Positions 35,171 through 51,809 of a DNA stretch of 64,000 nucleotides are shown in pieces. The number at the start of each line of letters is the position of its first letter. Positions within the stretch are counted from its first letter, which is position 1. The DNA lies in NCBI RefSeq assembly GCF_009914755.1, contig NC_060931.1. One strand, 5' to 3'. The notes beneath the pieces are model-generated. The model saw nothing but the letters and a program-made list of their open reading frames with translations. It was not told the DNA's origin and did not search any database. The position numbers and the translations under genes were made by a program. Origin of the DNA: the human T2T-CHM13v2.0 reference genome, Homo sapiens.

Positions 35171-35569
35171 CGTGGGTTATTAGCATTCATTCATTACACT
35201 ATAAGATGCTGTAAGCAGGGACTCTAAGGGACTCTGCAGAAACCATTGGATTAGCAAGGACTAACACATTGACACTTAGTGGATGCTACATAAAACATAG
35301 CATATTAAAATATTTTACATTTCAAAATATATTTTAAAATTTTTGTTCAGAAAGACTGAACAAAAGAATGGGAAAATTCCCTCGGGAAAATTCTCACAAA
35401 ATAATGTAAAATAATATAAAGTGATATAAACAGGATATAAAAATAAAAACGTAAGTTGAAGTAGCTATAGGACAATCAATTGTTTACATAACCTCTAGCA
35501 TGTGGCACCTGACTTTAGGAAACAAGTCAGTGCTAACGTGTACAGGTATAAATTATTAGAACTCATGTT

Positions 35570-36200
35570 GTCATGGAAGCTGTGGACATTAATAAAAAGT
35601 TATATGTTTCACATAACTGAGAAATAGGAATTGAAATTTGGGGATGATCAATATTTAGGGGCAGGCAGAGAAATGTCTCCCAAGGGGGCTTAAAATGAAA
35701 GTCAGAGAGGTTGTTAGAGAAATAAATAAAAGATGACAGTGCAGTGAAAGTCCAGAGAGGAGACAGAGTTAAGAATGAGGGTGTGGCAAACAGCTTTAAA
35801 TATGACAGAAACAATGAATGAAATAAACAAAGAAGGATTTCCATTTGGCATACCTTTGCAGATGTTAGAAAGCACCATTTCAGTGGGATAATAATGGCAA
35901 AATCCAAATTTTATTGATTAATGAGTGAATTAGTGGTGAGCCATTGAAGGCATTATGTGGATCAGTTATTCAAGAAATGTATGTTTAAAAGGAACATGGT
36001 GGGCTGCAGTTGCAGACCTGGGGAACTTTATTCTTGATATTTTTAGACATGGAAACACCTAAGAAGATCAATGTATGTGCTGGGTAGAGATAAAGAAATT
36101 AGAAGCAGTTGTTAAAGACAAAAGAGAGCAAAAGCATTCAATAGAAGAAGGTCTCGGAAGAAGAAGGAGATTAGCTATAAAATAGTGGGGTTTTAGGAGG
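35570..36200 (-). mobile_element. L2 fragment
   Basis: Purine-rich antisense L2 motifs (gcaccatttcagtgggata...gagtgaattagtggtgag). Confidence 0.65.
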
Positions 36201-36234
36201 CTAAATAATGTGATCTCTCTCTCACTTTGCTATC

Positions 36235-36950
36235 ACCGTCTCAACCAAATGATTAAACTTAGCATCATCCATGGCAGAAAAAGCTGACATGATACACCTT
36301 TTGATGTCATCCAATAAGAAATACTCAACATTGACTTTTAATATTAATATCCTCTGATTAAAGTTGATTAATTTAAAACCAATCTTGAGCAAACTCTACA
36401 AAAAAAAAAAAAAAAAACCCAGAATGTGGAGTGGTCTACAAGTCAACTGGCTTGCACTCTTCCTAACAGTTGATTTCATGAAAAGCAATGTTACTAGCTC
36501 ACTAACTCAACCATCAATTAACTAACTAAATCAATCAATCAATGTGAAGGGATTGTTCTTCATCTAAAGAAATAAAGGAAATATGACAAGGATATTTAGT
36601 ATGTAAGCCTTGGTTGGATTCTAAAGTGAACATTTCATTTAAAAGACTATAACATATTTTTAATTTGAACATTTTGTGCATATTTCTTACATGACACAAT
36701 AAAACTTTTGCTATTTTCAGGCACAATCATGGTATTGTGGTCAGTAGGAGAATAGACTTATCCTTAGAAGACGCATACTGACTTGAAGGGTGAAATGTCA
36801 TGGTGTAGAGATAGGTAGATGGAGACAGAGTTAGCAAATGTAGCAAATGTTAACACCTAGTGAATTCTGGTAAAAAGCATAGTGGTGTTTATTGTACTAT
36901 TTGTTAAAATTTCCTTAGATTTCTAAGCTTTCAAAATTAAGCAATGCAAG
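36235..36950 (+). mobile_element. L1ME-type 3' UTR fragment
   Basis: aaccaaatgattaaacttagcatc...caatcatggtattgtgg...ggtgaaatgtcatg...gcaaatgttaac...gtttattgtacta. Confidence 0.7.
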
Positions 36951-37042
36951 AAGATAAAATTCCTCTTTTCCTTTTTCTTTCTGGGTTTGGATACTAATGG
37001 AGACATGGGGGACAGTGTGTGGGGAGGAGATGTATTGATATT

Positions 37043-37675
37043 CAGTTTACCTTAATTAGTCATGGATTTGGTCTTTTCAAATTCACCTACTTGCTAACAT
37101 TTATTTGTAACTCCCAAATTCATACCTGTGGCATTTTCACAGTACCACTCTGCCATTCACAAAGCTGTGGAAAATGGGAGTCCATCATCTGCATGTTCCC
37201 TGCTGAGGTGGAGACAGGTGAGGTACCTTCTCTTCATCAGCTTACACTGTAAACACACGTCCTTTCCATGGCCCAGGTAGTGCTGTGAGTTTCACACTTT
37301 TTTCTTTTTATTGGTGATTTCACTGTTTCAATGCCCTGTGAGCCTAGGGCTGAGGTGCCTTCTAGTGTCCCTAAGCATCAGTGGTCTGTGATGTTCCCTA
37401 TGGAGAAAATGCCTGGGATGAATAACCTTTGTTTAGATGCGAGTTATGGCGCTGATTGCGGGAGTTCAGTGTTAATGAAGCAACAATATGCAGTAACCAA
37501 GGTGTCTTTGAACAGAGACACACATGAAGCAAGGTCATGTACTGACCAGCTAATGAAAATGTAGATCAGAGGCTCACAGGAATCTAAGCCTGTACTTCCC
37601 CTATGGACAGTGAGTACTTCAGTGTTCGCGACCCCTTTGTAGAACATAATTATTGCGAAGACTGGGAATCAACTG
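37043..37675 (-). mobile_element. MER82 (TcMar-Tigger) non-autonomous DNA transposon
   Basis: Termini cagtt...aactg followed by TA; the right-end reverse complement cagttgattcccagtcttcgcaataattatgttctac...gcgaacactgaa matches MER82; ~630 bp. Confidence 0.8.
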
Positions 37676-39089
37676 TAATATATGTAAGTCAATGTGGCTT
37701 TGGCATTGCCTTCAACTGGGCTTGCTACTCACCAGAATTCAATGTTTTAATCCATGCAGTCGTTTACTCTCCACACCCTACCTCACCCCCAAACAACAAA
37801 TAAACAGAAAAAGACAAGAGCAGAGCTTGCTCTGCTAAATGGACCACACAGAGAGAAAACAGGCAAGCCAGGACACAGGCTCCTTCAGCAAGGGTGCAGA
37901 GAGGGCACCCAGCAGCGGAGCGGGCTGGCAGGAGGTGCACATCTGCCCAGTGCAGGAGGAAAGAGCCACCGCAGCTGATGCCCTTCCAAGGGAAACGCGG
38001 GATCCAGGAGCTGCTGCAGTTTCCCTTTAACTCTGCGCCCCGGGAGGAAGAGAATTTTTCTTCTGCAAGAGAAAGAAAGACTGTGGTGTGATACCCCACA
38101 GGTCTAGATAATGGTTATGAATCTGATGTCCTTAAGGCAAAGCTAGGAAAATAAGGGCACAGCTGCCAGAGAAAGGCCAAGGGTGCCACAGATGAGTGGA
38201 TGCAACATAGCACCCCTCTGAACACAATGATGGGCTGTCAGGACAAAAACTGGCAAACCTAATGACCACTCCCCAGAGTGTCTGCAGCCCAGAAGCCCTG
38301 GAGGTCACACATCTGGAGGTCCCAGAGGCTTTGGCCTGAATCCTGGACTTTTTCTGTGACATCAGAGACTTGGTATTTGTAGACCTGGGGTTAGGTGGAG
38401 CCCTTCATGGGGACCACTCAGGCCTTGCCTTAGCAATAGCAGAATTTAATAGAAATGTGTCCCTGGAACATTGTTTCACAGCAAGCATTTCTGGGGAGGG
38501 TTTTCCCCGTTAAGTTTCTGTGCTGTGTGCAGGAGGAGGTGCAGTCCAAAGAAGTATCAGGCCCTCCTCCCTGACACGGGGCCTTTTCAAGGATGGAAAA
38601 CTGTGGGTTTTATTATCTATGAGATTATTTCATATTTATATATACTTAGGGCAGAAAGACTGCAAGGCTTGGCTTTAGGCCTAGATATTTAATGAAAAAA
38701 CCTTCTAAGTAGGTGACTTTCCTGGGGTCTTTGTTTGGTAATTAGTCTTCAGCATTGGTCACAGATTCATGGCTGGCTGCTCTAGGCACAAGCTGCTCCT
38801 TAATACATAAGAATGTTAGTGAATTTCTCCAGAAAATGCTTTCTTGGCCCTCTCCTCCCAGATAAAATTTGTATCTCTGTGTCCTGTGATATATATTATT
38901 AATTAAATTAGAGAGTCATAATTATATGTTCCAGAGTGGAAAGAAACAATAGGTTGGGATTCAACAATGGAAGCATAAATATCTTCCATAAAAGATGTTT
39001 TCTGTTTATTCAATAGGGGTCCTTGCTAACCCACTGCCAATGCCACCTACCCCCTCCAAAAAAAACCTCATTTCATCATCATTTGACTT

Positions 39090-39498
39090 TCATAAAAGAC
39101 ATACATGGAAATGACTAGGATTGACTTAGTCCATTCCTCTGGCCAGGGAGTTCTTTAGGTCTTTGAGTAACACATCCTGATTTACTGACATGAGAAGTCC
39201 ATTGATGAGTTTCTAAGATAGATTTTCTCTTTCAATAAAAAGTTGCCCAAAAGTCGTGCTCTTCCCTGGCACTATTGTGTGTATGCCAAGAACTGCCGCA
39301 CTTTGGGGTCCATGAGGACCACATGGCCCAAAAAGGTTGCAGAGCAGAGGAAATAGAAGCAGTTGGCCCCTAAATTCATCAACTCTAGTACCACCTACTT
39401 CTGGATTTCTAGATACGTGAGTTAATGAACTCTTGTAATAGCCGTTCTTATAACTGGATCTTCTGGCACTTGCAGCTGAAAGCAATTTTATAATACAC
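39090..39498 (+). mobile_element. Old MaLR LTR (MLT1J/K/L-like)
   Basis: cacctacttctggatttctagatacgtgag...cacttgcagctgaaagcaattttaataataca 3' end. Confidence 0.65.
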
Positions 39499-39818
39499 AG
39501 TTTCATCTTTTGTGAGAAAGAACAAAAGGAACAAAGGCATGAACAGATAACTTGCTTTAGTTGCACATTTATCTAACTTTACTGAAAACTGTGTTGTTGA
39601 GATGTGATTTCAGTTAACAGAGAGAACCCATTCTATTTATAAACTTCGTTGCCAGAAACTTTATATTACAATCATCCTGAAATATTGTATAACATGTTTA
39701 CTGACACTGAAAATATGTCCAATAGAGGACGGTGGTCACATGCCATATTTTGATAATAAATTTTAAAATTTGTTATAGTAACATGTTTTCAAAGAACAAA
39801 TAACCACTTCATTCAAGG

Positions 39819-39823
39819 ACACA

Positions 39824-39874
<51 letters not shown>
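39819..39874. repeat. Compound (AC)n(AG)n microsatellite
   Basis: Seen directly. Confidence 0.97.
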
Positions 39875-41749
39875 TACGTATGTAAACCATAGATGGGAGA
39901 AGTATATTTTTTTCTCTTGAGGTAGCAGAAAGCCAGAACTAAAGAGAGAAAATTGTGCAGAAAAATAATGCTCAGGATTCAAAAAAAAAATGTCTTTTAA
40001 TCACATAGATGAACAAAAACCATTCACAGAAGCACTTATGCAGCAAGCTTCACACAAAAGTTTAAGATTTTTAAAAGTAGTTTTTGTTATAGAATAATTT
40101 GTAACACTTGAGATATTACCACATTATCCTGAGATCCACCATCATTTTTTGCCCACTCTTTCAACTTGTAATATTTCAGTTTTATTTTGTTTTAATACTT
40201 TCTGTTTCCAGAGTGTTTTAAAATATTGTGCCGTACCTTCTTTTCACTAAATTTAATGATTCCTTTCATGTTTAGAATCTGTTCTTTTGAAAATTAACTA
40301 ACTTGCCTCTTTCCTTTCTTTCTTTCTTTTCTTCTTTCTTTTTTATCCTTCTTCTCTGAGTTGTGTTTCAGGGACAAAATGCTACCAACTTGCGAAACTC
40401 TAATGTGAGATTCCTCCACATGAGTATGTGTGCTTTTCAATATCCCTCTTTCCATCTGCCACTTATATCTCAGTTTGCAAGAGAAGATCACATTCAATTC
40501 TGCTTCCTGGCCTTCCTTAGAAGTTATTTGACTTGGAAATGACAGAACTTTCAGTTTCTGATTAAATGCAGATCTAGTATCAATGCAAGAAAAATTATTA
40601 TTTTTTCTTTTGAGTGATTTATGCATAATGGATTAGGTTTCAAAAACTATAAAATAGTCTAATTAATTCATTTCTGAATTCTGAGTATCTTCTAAGGTCA
40701 GTTTATCTTACCTATGTCTAAGTATAGAAATACCCACCTAAGCTTTTCCACTGGCATTTGTTCTTGTGGCCATTTGAAAACTTTATTTTATTAAATCCAT
40801 AATATTCACTGACAAGAATTTTGATGATTATTTATAAGATTAATTAGCTATCATTGTTTCAAGATATTATTCCATTAATGATTTCATTGATTTTTGTAGC
40901 ATTTATTTGAGTCTAAAATCTACACATCAGGGGTTAATTTTATGCTGCTTTGCACTGTTTATTATTATTAATATATACCAGTCTGTTTTTTTTTCTTCAA
41001 TCACTTTGTAAGTCCTTAAGAACAGAGATTGTGACAATTATGTCTGGACCCAAATGCTCAGGCAGAAATCCAACCAAAAAATGCTTAAATGCTTAGAAAG
41101 CCCTTCACTCCTCTCCGTAGAAGTGTGAATGCTTTGGCGTCCCTTGCAGGCATTTACAAAGATGTTTCTTTTTGTTTCTTGGGGCTTATTTTATACCAAC
41201 AGATCATTAATACGAGTGTGTGTGTGTGCACACATGTGCATTACCTAGTTATACAACTGGAAAGAGGCAGAGATGAACATCTCTTGACTGCGCCAGTCTC
41301 AAGGCCGAGGTTTTCTTCCTTAGATGTCCTGCCTATGTCAGTAAATGAAAGAATATTGGGTCAAACCATATGAAAAGCAAATCAGACCTTAAATTTCTTC
41401 TGAAAGTCAGTGAAAGTGAAAAGCAACCTAATAGTAAATGAGCCAAGATTATAAGCAGAGTAATCATGAAAAAATATATTAGAAAGCCCACTAAATCATG
41501 CCAGGTGCTCATCTTTAGCAGTGAATAGAGACACGCAGCGTATGCAGTAGGGTCCCATATCTTATGTACCATGTGGAGACGGTGAGAAAGGCGATCATGT
41601 GAGGTGCCGAGTGGACTTGGAGAACTGTGTCTCTATGACTCTTCATGGGAGTGTTAACTGTTTTGTTTAATCAGAATGCAGTATTATAAAATCTAGGAAT
41701 GTATTTTACAAAAAAGTAAATGAAGGCACAGCAATTTATTTAAAAAGCT

Positions 41750-42210
41750 ATTTATTGCCAGATTGCTTATAATAGAAATAAATATATTACTATCCACCAG
41801 AGTGGCTATGGAAAGCAGAGTGCATACTTACTGTGGGATATTATGCAGTTATGATGAGAACAACAGAGGCCTGTAGGTATGGTCTTGGAAACATTTACAA
41901 GATATGTTGTTGAATAACAAAATCAAAAAGATGTCACATTCTCCTACTCACCCTCACTCTTCTATCTGAATATATTTATAGATTTATATATGCACACACA
42001 TATACAAATGCACATATATTTATGATATTTTCATATAAAAATGAGCCCCAAGAAACAAAATGAAACATGCATTTTTTAATGCTTGACAGACCTGCCAAAC
42101 TGTCCACACATCTAAGAAAAAGGAATCAAAGAGGATATTCAAGTTTTGATTGTTATATTATGCATTATTTAATTCTTTAGATGAGAATACATTTATATAT
42201 TACGTAATAA
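41750..42210 (+). mobile_element. L1ME 3'-end fragment
   Basis: tttattgccagattgcttataatag...gggatattatgcagtt...caagatatgttgttgaataa. Confidence 0.55.
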
Positions 42211-42879
42211 AACAACAACAGTGAAAGTTTATCAGATGGTCTAAGGGAGGGAGTTTGCATTCAAGTTAAGCAAAAGAGAACAATTAAGCAGAAGAGAATA
42301 CACTTATATATCAAGTAATAAAACAGCAACAGCAAGAGTTTATCAGATGGTTTAAGGGAGGGAATTTGCATCCAAGTTAAGCAGAATAGAACATGGAATT
42401 CAGAGATGAGGCAACCGGAGAGAACTGGAAGCCCCAAGTGGAAAAACAGAGCTCAGAGTGAAAGCTGCGGGCAGGGGCACAGTGGGGCAGGAATGTTTCT
42501 CACATAGTGAAGCATCATCTCTTGACTTAGAAAAAAAATCTTATACAAAAGTGTGTTGATCTTTAGAAATGGATAAACTACATTTGCTTCAAAAATTTGA
42601 TGAGATACATGCAAGTGTAGGCTTCAAATGTTCTGAACTGAATGAACTCTAGGTTACTGGCTGATGAAAAACTTTATATTCATGTATTTAATATTCTAAA
42701 TTTTTATAAATATTCATGTATTTAATATTCTAAATTTTTAACTTAGGAAACTATCCTGAAGGTCCTTTATATAGTAATTTGGGATTTTTACTGAGGCTCC
42801 ACTTTGAACAATGCACACTTAAACCCTGAAGTTCAGAGCCTGTCATTACCTAGTGTCTGCCCATAGACCGAGTGTGGTC

Positions 42880-43083
42880 ATACACTGAGGAAGGACAGTG
42901 AGGACACAGACAGAAGGCAGCTGCTGCCTGCAGGCCAGGAAGAGGGCTCTCACCAAAATCTGCCTCATCTAGCATCTTCATCTTGGATTCTGTTGCCTCT
43001 GGATTTTTGAGAAAATAAATTTCTCTTGTTTAAGCCACCTAGTCCATAGTATTTAGTTATGGCAGCCTAAAGAGAGTAATACA
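42880..43083 (+). mobile_element. MLT1 LTR 3' half
   Basis: gagaaaataaatttctcttgtttaagccacctagtccatagtatttagttatggcagccta...taataca. Confidence 0.85.
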
Positions 43084-44167
43084 ATCTCATATACATTTTA
43101 TCTGAGAAATTAAATGCAACAGTGATATGAGGAATACATAAAAAATAGATTATACACTACTGTAAGCGAAAAGGGTTTTCTTTCCTCAAATATTTTAATA
43201 AGGAGTTTCAAAAGCTTCTTACCCTGTCTTCATAAATCATTCAGTGTAGTGTCTCCCACTTAAGGGAAAAATAATGATGTCAAAAACTTATAATTAAAAC
43301 ACTTAATTTTAATAATCATTATTACTTTCCAAAACAGTAGTTCAATATACATTTTTTTTGTAAAATTAAGGGTTTTAAGCATTATAAAAAATCTAGTACA
43401 GTGCTTAAGACAACTATGTATATTCAAAGAAAATTAAACCAAAATTTATTAAAGGTGTAAGATAAAATATTATCACATTTTAAGTATAGTTTTGAAAAAC
43501 TGCTCATGATCTATAGAATCCTGTCAACAGAATAGTCTATGGCATTAGTATGACCCACTTTTAGACTTGAACAGAATCTCTCTTTGAAAAATTGAGAGGA
43601 GTGTAGGATGAATTTCAGTGGCATCCAACAAAAGCTTCATTGTATTTGCTTAATACATTTTTTAAGAATGGTGTCTAGAGTCTTTTTCTGCTTGAAAACA
43701 GAATTCAGGAAACAAATCTATAGAAAAGGTGTCTTATTCTCTGTCGCCATGCTAGTGCGTTTTCCTTATAGTTCACACTGGTTATACACCTGTTCTTAGG
43801 GAGAGACACTGCTGAGATTTCTTTATTCAGTTTGTTATTCAGTTTTGGAGAATAAAAATGTTCTGATTTTTCACTACAGTAGAAAGGTTGGCATTAGTGA
43901 TGTCCTCTAGGATATGAGGAGGTGACTGGTGAGTTTCAAGGGGTGTGCTATAGGAGTTTGTGTTGTCTGGGCACCTTCCATCTCTCTTTCATGGGTGTCC
44001 TTTGCTCTCTTCTAAATGAAGTTCCAGTGGTTGGGCTCCTGTTGGCTCTGCTGGAAAGAATTTGAATGTACAGTCATGCACTACATAATGATGTTTTTTT
44101 AACATCAACTACCTATATGATGATGGTCCCATAAGATTATAATGGAGCCAAAGAATGCCAGTGGTTA

Positions 44168-47056
<2,889 letters not shown>

Positions 47057-47396
47057 GATGTCTAGCACATACAATTATGCACAGTACCTAATACTTGATA
47101 ATGGTAATAAATGACGTTACTTTTTAATGTATTTACCATATTTTTATAATTATTTTCGTGTGTACTCCTTCTACTTACTAAAAACAAAACTTACTGTAAA
47201 ACAGCCTCAGGCAGGCCCTTCAGCTCCCTTGCCTGCTATTTCCCCTGAAGACCTTCCAGTGGGACAAGATATGGAGGTGGAAGGCAGTGATATTCACGAT
47301 TCTGACCCTGTGTAGGCCTAGGCTAATGTGTGTGTTTGCGTCTTAGTTTTTAATAAAAACCTTAAAAGGTAAAAAAGTTAGAAAAATTAAAAATAA

Positions 47397-47707
<311 letters not shown>

Positions 47708-50700
47708 AATTAAAAATAAAAATAACATTAAAAATATATAAAGAAAAAATGTTTATATATAGGTATACATTGTGCTTCTATTTTAAGCTGTGTTATTACA
47801 AAAGAGTAAGCAAGTAAAAAAAAGTTAAAGTTTATTAAGTAAAACAGTTATGGTAAGGTAAGGTCGATTGATTATTGAAGAAATGGATGTTTAATAAATT
47901 AAGTGTAGTCTAAGTGCACAGTGTTTATGAAGTGTACGGCAATGCACAGTAATTTTCTAGATCTTCACATTCACTCACCACTCCCTCACTGACTCACCCA
48001 GAGCAACCTCCAGTCTTGCAAGGTCCATTCATGGCTATGCCCTATACAGGTGTACCATGTTTTATCTTTTATAGTGTATTTTTACTGTACCTTTTCTATG
48101 TTTAGATATTTTTAGATGCACAAATAATTCCTATTGTGTTACAGTTGCTACAGTATTCAGGATGGTAACCTGCTGTACAGGTTTGTAGCCAAGCAGCAAT
48201 AGGCTGTGCCATATACCCTGGATGTGTAATAGGCATTACCTTCCAGGTTTGTGTGAGTACACTATATGATGTTCACACAATGACAAAATCGCCTAATGAC
48301 ACATTTCTCAGAACACATCCCTGTCATTAAGTGACACGTGACTGTACTCGTAAGTGTTTTCAGGAGGCAAATAGAGTTCCTCAGAGCCACTTGATTCCTG
48401 GATGCTTATTTCAGACTCATTGTTCATTTCCTCTCCTTTATAGAATCTTTGCCCATTGTATTTGTTCAGAAAGGAGGAATATTAATATCCACTGTCAAAT
48501 TGAAATTGTAAGCATTGCTAAAACTAAAAGAATTATGCAATTTTTCACAAATCGTTTTTTAAGAAATTTTTAATTGTGCTTCCTTTATACCTTGATATAG
48601 CCTTCAATTTTCTCGCTCTGTTAGCTTTTCTGTTCTCTTTTTATTCCTATGTTTAATGTTATTTTTTCAGATTTAGACTGAATCATCTGTTTTAGTAAAC
48701 ATCTCTGGGTGCATCAGCTTTGGTCATAAGTTTTGCTTCTTGTTCCACTGACAGATATTCTGTTCCTCAGTTTCAGGCATATTATGTTTACTAGCAGGTC
48801 TCAAAATCTAATTCTTTCAATTCAAAAGAGTTCCCTACCAAATGATTGGTGTCAAAGGCATTCGATGTAGCACAATTACATAGATTGTTCAAACTTTTCA
48901 ACCTGAAGCATACAGATACAGTTCTAGGTAAGACATCAGTAAATTAATCTTCCCCTGAACTAGAAGATGCAAAATTAAATCCAAGTGTGTCTTGAAGAGT
49001 AGCAAACATTGCTTTTCTATTTGGAATGATTCTCCTTGTCCTGGAATGTCAGCTTCCAGAAGGAGAATTTGCAAATCTCACAAATACAACCCTAGAGTTG
49101 TTATCATCATTGGAGTCCATGCCAGACGAATTCACTAACTTCCCTGGTTCTGAGCCGGTTATTTTGTTAGCTACAACGAAAGCTTGCTTTCTTTTTTTTT
49201 TTTTTCAACATATCTAGCCAGTACTTGAGTTAGAAAGTTTATTTCTCCGCTGTAAATGGATATCTTGTGCTTCTCTCACATTGGAATTTTTATTTCCCAA
49301 GCTAATGCCAACATTCTGTTGTTGCCCTGACATTTTTTCAGGAGCTGAAAAGTGCTGGTGATTCTCTGGCATGGTACAGCTACGAGAGTTGTATTTGCCA
49401 ATGTCTGCCAGTTTTTATTCTGTTCTCTTTCATATTTTTTTTTTGTTAACATCTTCTAGATTGTACTAAAAAGACTTTTCAAGACAACTTTCCCTCATCA
49501 TCTTCTTCCCTGGCCACCACCTCTATTGTCAGGCCCCTCCTGCTCACCGGCAGTACTCTGCTATTGGAAACTCTGGCCAAGATCCAGCCCTGGCCCAGCC
49601 CCAGCCACCCGAGTCTGTGGCTCCATCTCCCATTACAGTTTCCATGACCGCATTTCAACTTACCTTCTGCACTTGCGCGATGGTCTCTTGGCAGGCTATG
49701 ATCACTGAACTTTTAACACAGATTACCTCAATCCTGGTCAAGGATGAAAGGGAAAGGGGTAACAGTACTTTGGCCCATCAGATATTACCAACAGTGCTAA
49801 TCAGATTCAGAGTGATTTTCTTGTTACATACCCATGAGCTAACTAGTTGAGAGAGAAAGGAGGAGAGGGAGGGAGTGGGTGGGCCAGGAGGGGCAGAAAG
49901 AAAGTTGAGGGCTGATTCTTTGGGGGAAAAAATGGAGAGATGATACAAGACACCGGGATGAAAAGGACTTTCTGTGGTTTTAAATCAAGCCAGCACCTGG
50001 GACAGCAGGTTAGGAGGGAGATGTTAAGCATTTGCACATCAGCTCGTCATCCAGTGACAGAAAACACACTCTCCTCTGTTCCTACCAGGAGTCCACATCT
50101 TTGTGCTGGGCAGGCACATCCACACTCATGCCTGCCTTTGCGTGAGATTGAGATTCTGAGGTCCTTCATCACTAACTCCAACCCTTGACCATGTGGAGCA
50201 TATCAAAGAAAGTAAAGTAACCAAGCTCTGCCCTGGAATTACATAAAGGGTAAGAAAATAGGATTCTTTCTCTCTCTGAGCATCTGTTTGAGGAAAGAAA
50301 CCACAGCAATGTTCTTATAGCAGTGGGATCTATATTCTTTTATTCAATATCCAGTCCCATACCCTGAAAAGTTTCCTGTTTCTCTTGGTAGCAGATGTGA
50401 TTCTTGTAAAGTGGGGTGGGTGTTACTTGAGATACAAAGTTTACCTAATGCTAGAAATTCAGTGTAGACTCACTGTAATTTTAGACGAGACGGTAGGGCA
50501 GCGGAGGTGGCACAGAGTTCACTGAAGCAGAAATCATGATATTGCTCCTGCTTACCCTTAGAACTTGCCTATGCTCTTTGGAAGTTTTCAGGAAGCTCTG
50601 TGTGCTAGAATTATCGAAAGTCAGCAGGGTTTTCACATGTGCACCCTTGGAAGAAAAGCACAAGGATGGAATTCATTTGTGGTCATGCACCTGACTTCTC

Positions 50701-51809
50701 ATTTTGATGGAAAAATGAAGCCTCTTTCCCTGTTACTTTTAGACAGCTGAACTTTCTTCAGTGAGGCCCCCTTGTTTATGCCAGGTTTGGATATCAATAA
50801 TATCAGAAATTTCTAAAGACAGTGCATTGCGTGCAGGGTATGTGCAATAATGCAAGGAAGATTGAACAGGTGACTGTCATCAGAATTGGAACTCAAGCAA
50901 AATAACTTGTTTTTGACACCACAAACATCAGGGAACTTTACACCCATCACATATCTTGCTGTTGCCTGTGTAGGTTTGCAGGCCAAATGTTGGTCCTTCA
51001 AGAGCATTTCTGGCTTTCTTGAACAAGAAATTTCAATGTAAAATACAGTTATATTTTTAAAAACCATTTATGTGAAAGTAATTACAGTTGGGATTGTTCC
51101 TAATGATTCATCAGCATTTTAGTGTTTTATAAGAGAATGTTTGCCTGCAAGAAAATTGACTACACAACTTTTATATTCCCTAGACATTGTTGCTTTAGTT
51201 GGGAAACACACACACAACACAATGTTGTCTTGATAAACCACAGCAAAGTCATTTCTGATATGGCAAGATATAATTCTACATACTTAGGGACTGATCATGT
51301 TTTCAGAGCCTAATTGCCCAGCATTTAATGAATGGATATTCGTAAGTGTAATTTCCAATTTAATTCTATACAATTATAATTTCATAATAATTTTAAAAGG
51401 ATTGCTAGAGATAGACAAGAGTTAGGTTCTAATATATTCTGTCAAATACATCCCTTTCAGTAGAGTCTATGTCCATATAATTCAGTAAGACTAATGCTGA
51501 AGAAAGTGCTTGGTAACATTTTGGGTCTGTTTCATTCATCCCATTTCTGGCTATGTTTCACTTTGTGTTTACCTCCATTCCTCCCTCCCTCCCTAATCCA
51601 TCATTTCCTTCCATCCACCAGCACAGACCTGATGCCTAAGCTGAAGAGACATGTATTACACAATATAAAATTGAGTCTTCTAGAGATTTATTGTACAATT
51701 CTAATTTTAAATTAATACATGCTCTTAGAATCTTAGAGAATACATCAAAATATAGAATAATATAAATCAATAAGCCCAACTTGCACATATTTTCACTCTT
51801 TACTTGTTT

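Noticed and set aside
42183-42740. Direct repeats as a CRISPR-like array
   Set aside because: Only two-copy duplications, no repeat-spacer periodicity, and a eukaryotic context
43350-43460. Poly(A) tail and TSD of the SGO1 retrocopy
   Set aside because: An AATAAA is present on the minus strand near 43450, but no clear tail or matching TSD is visible, so the 3' boundary is left approximate
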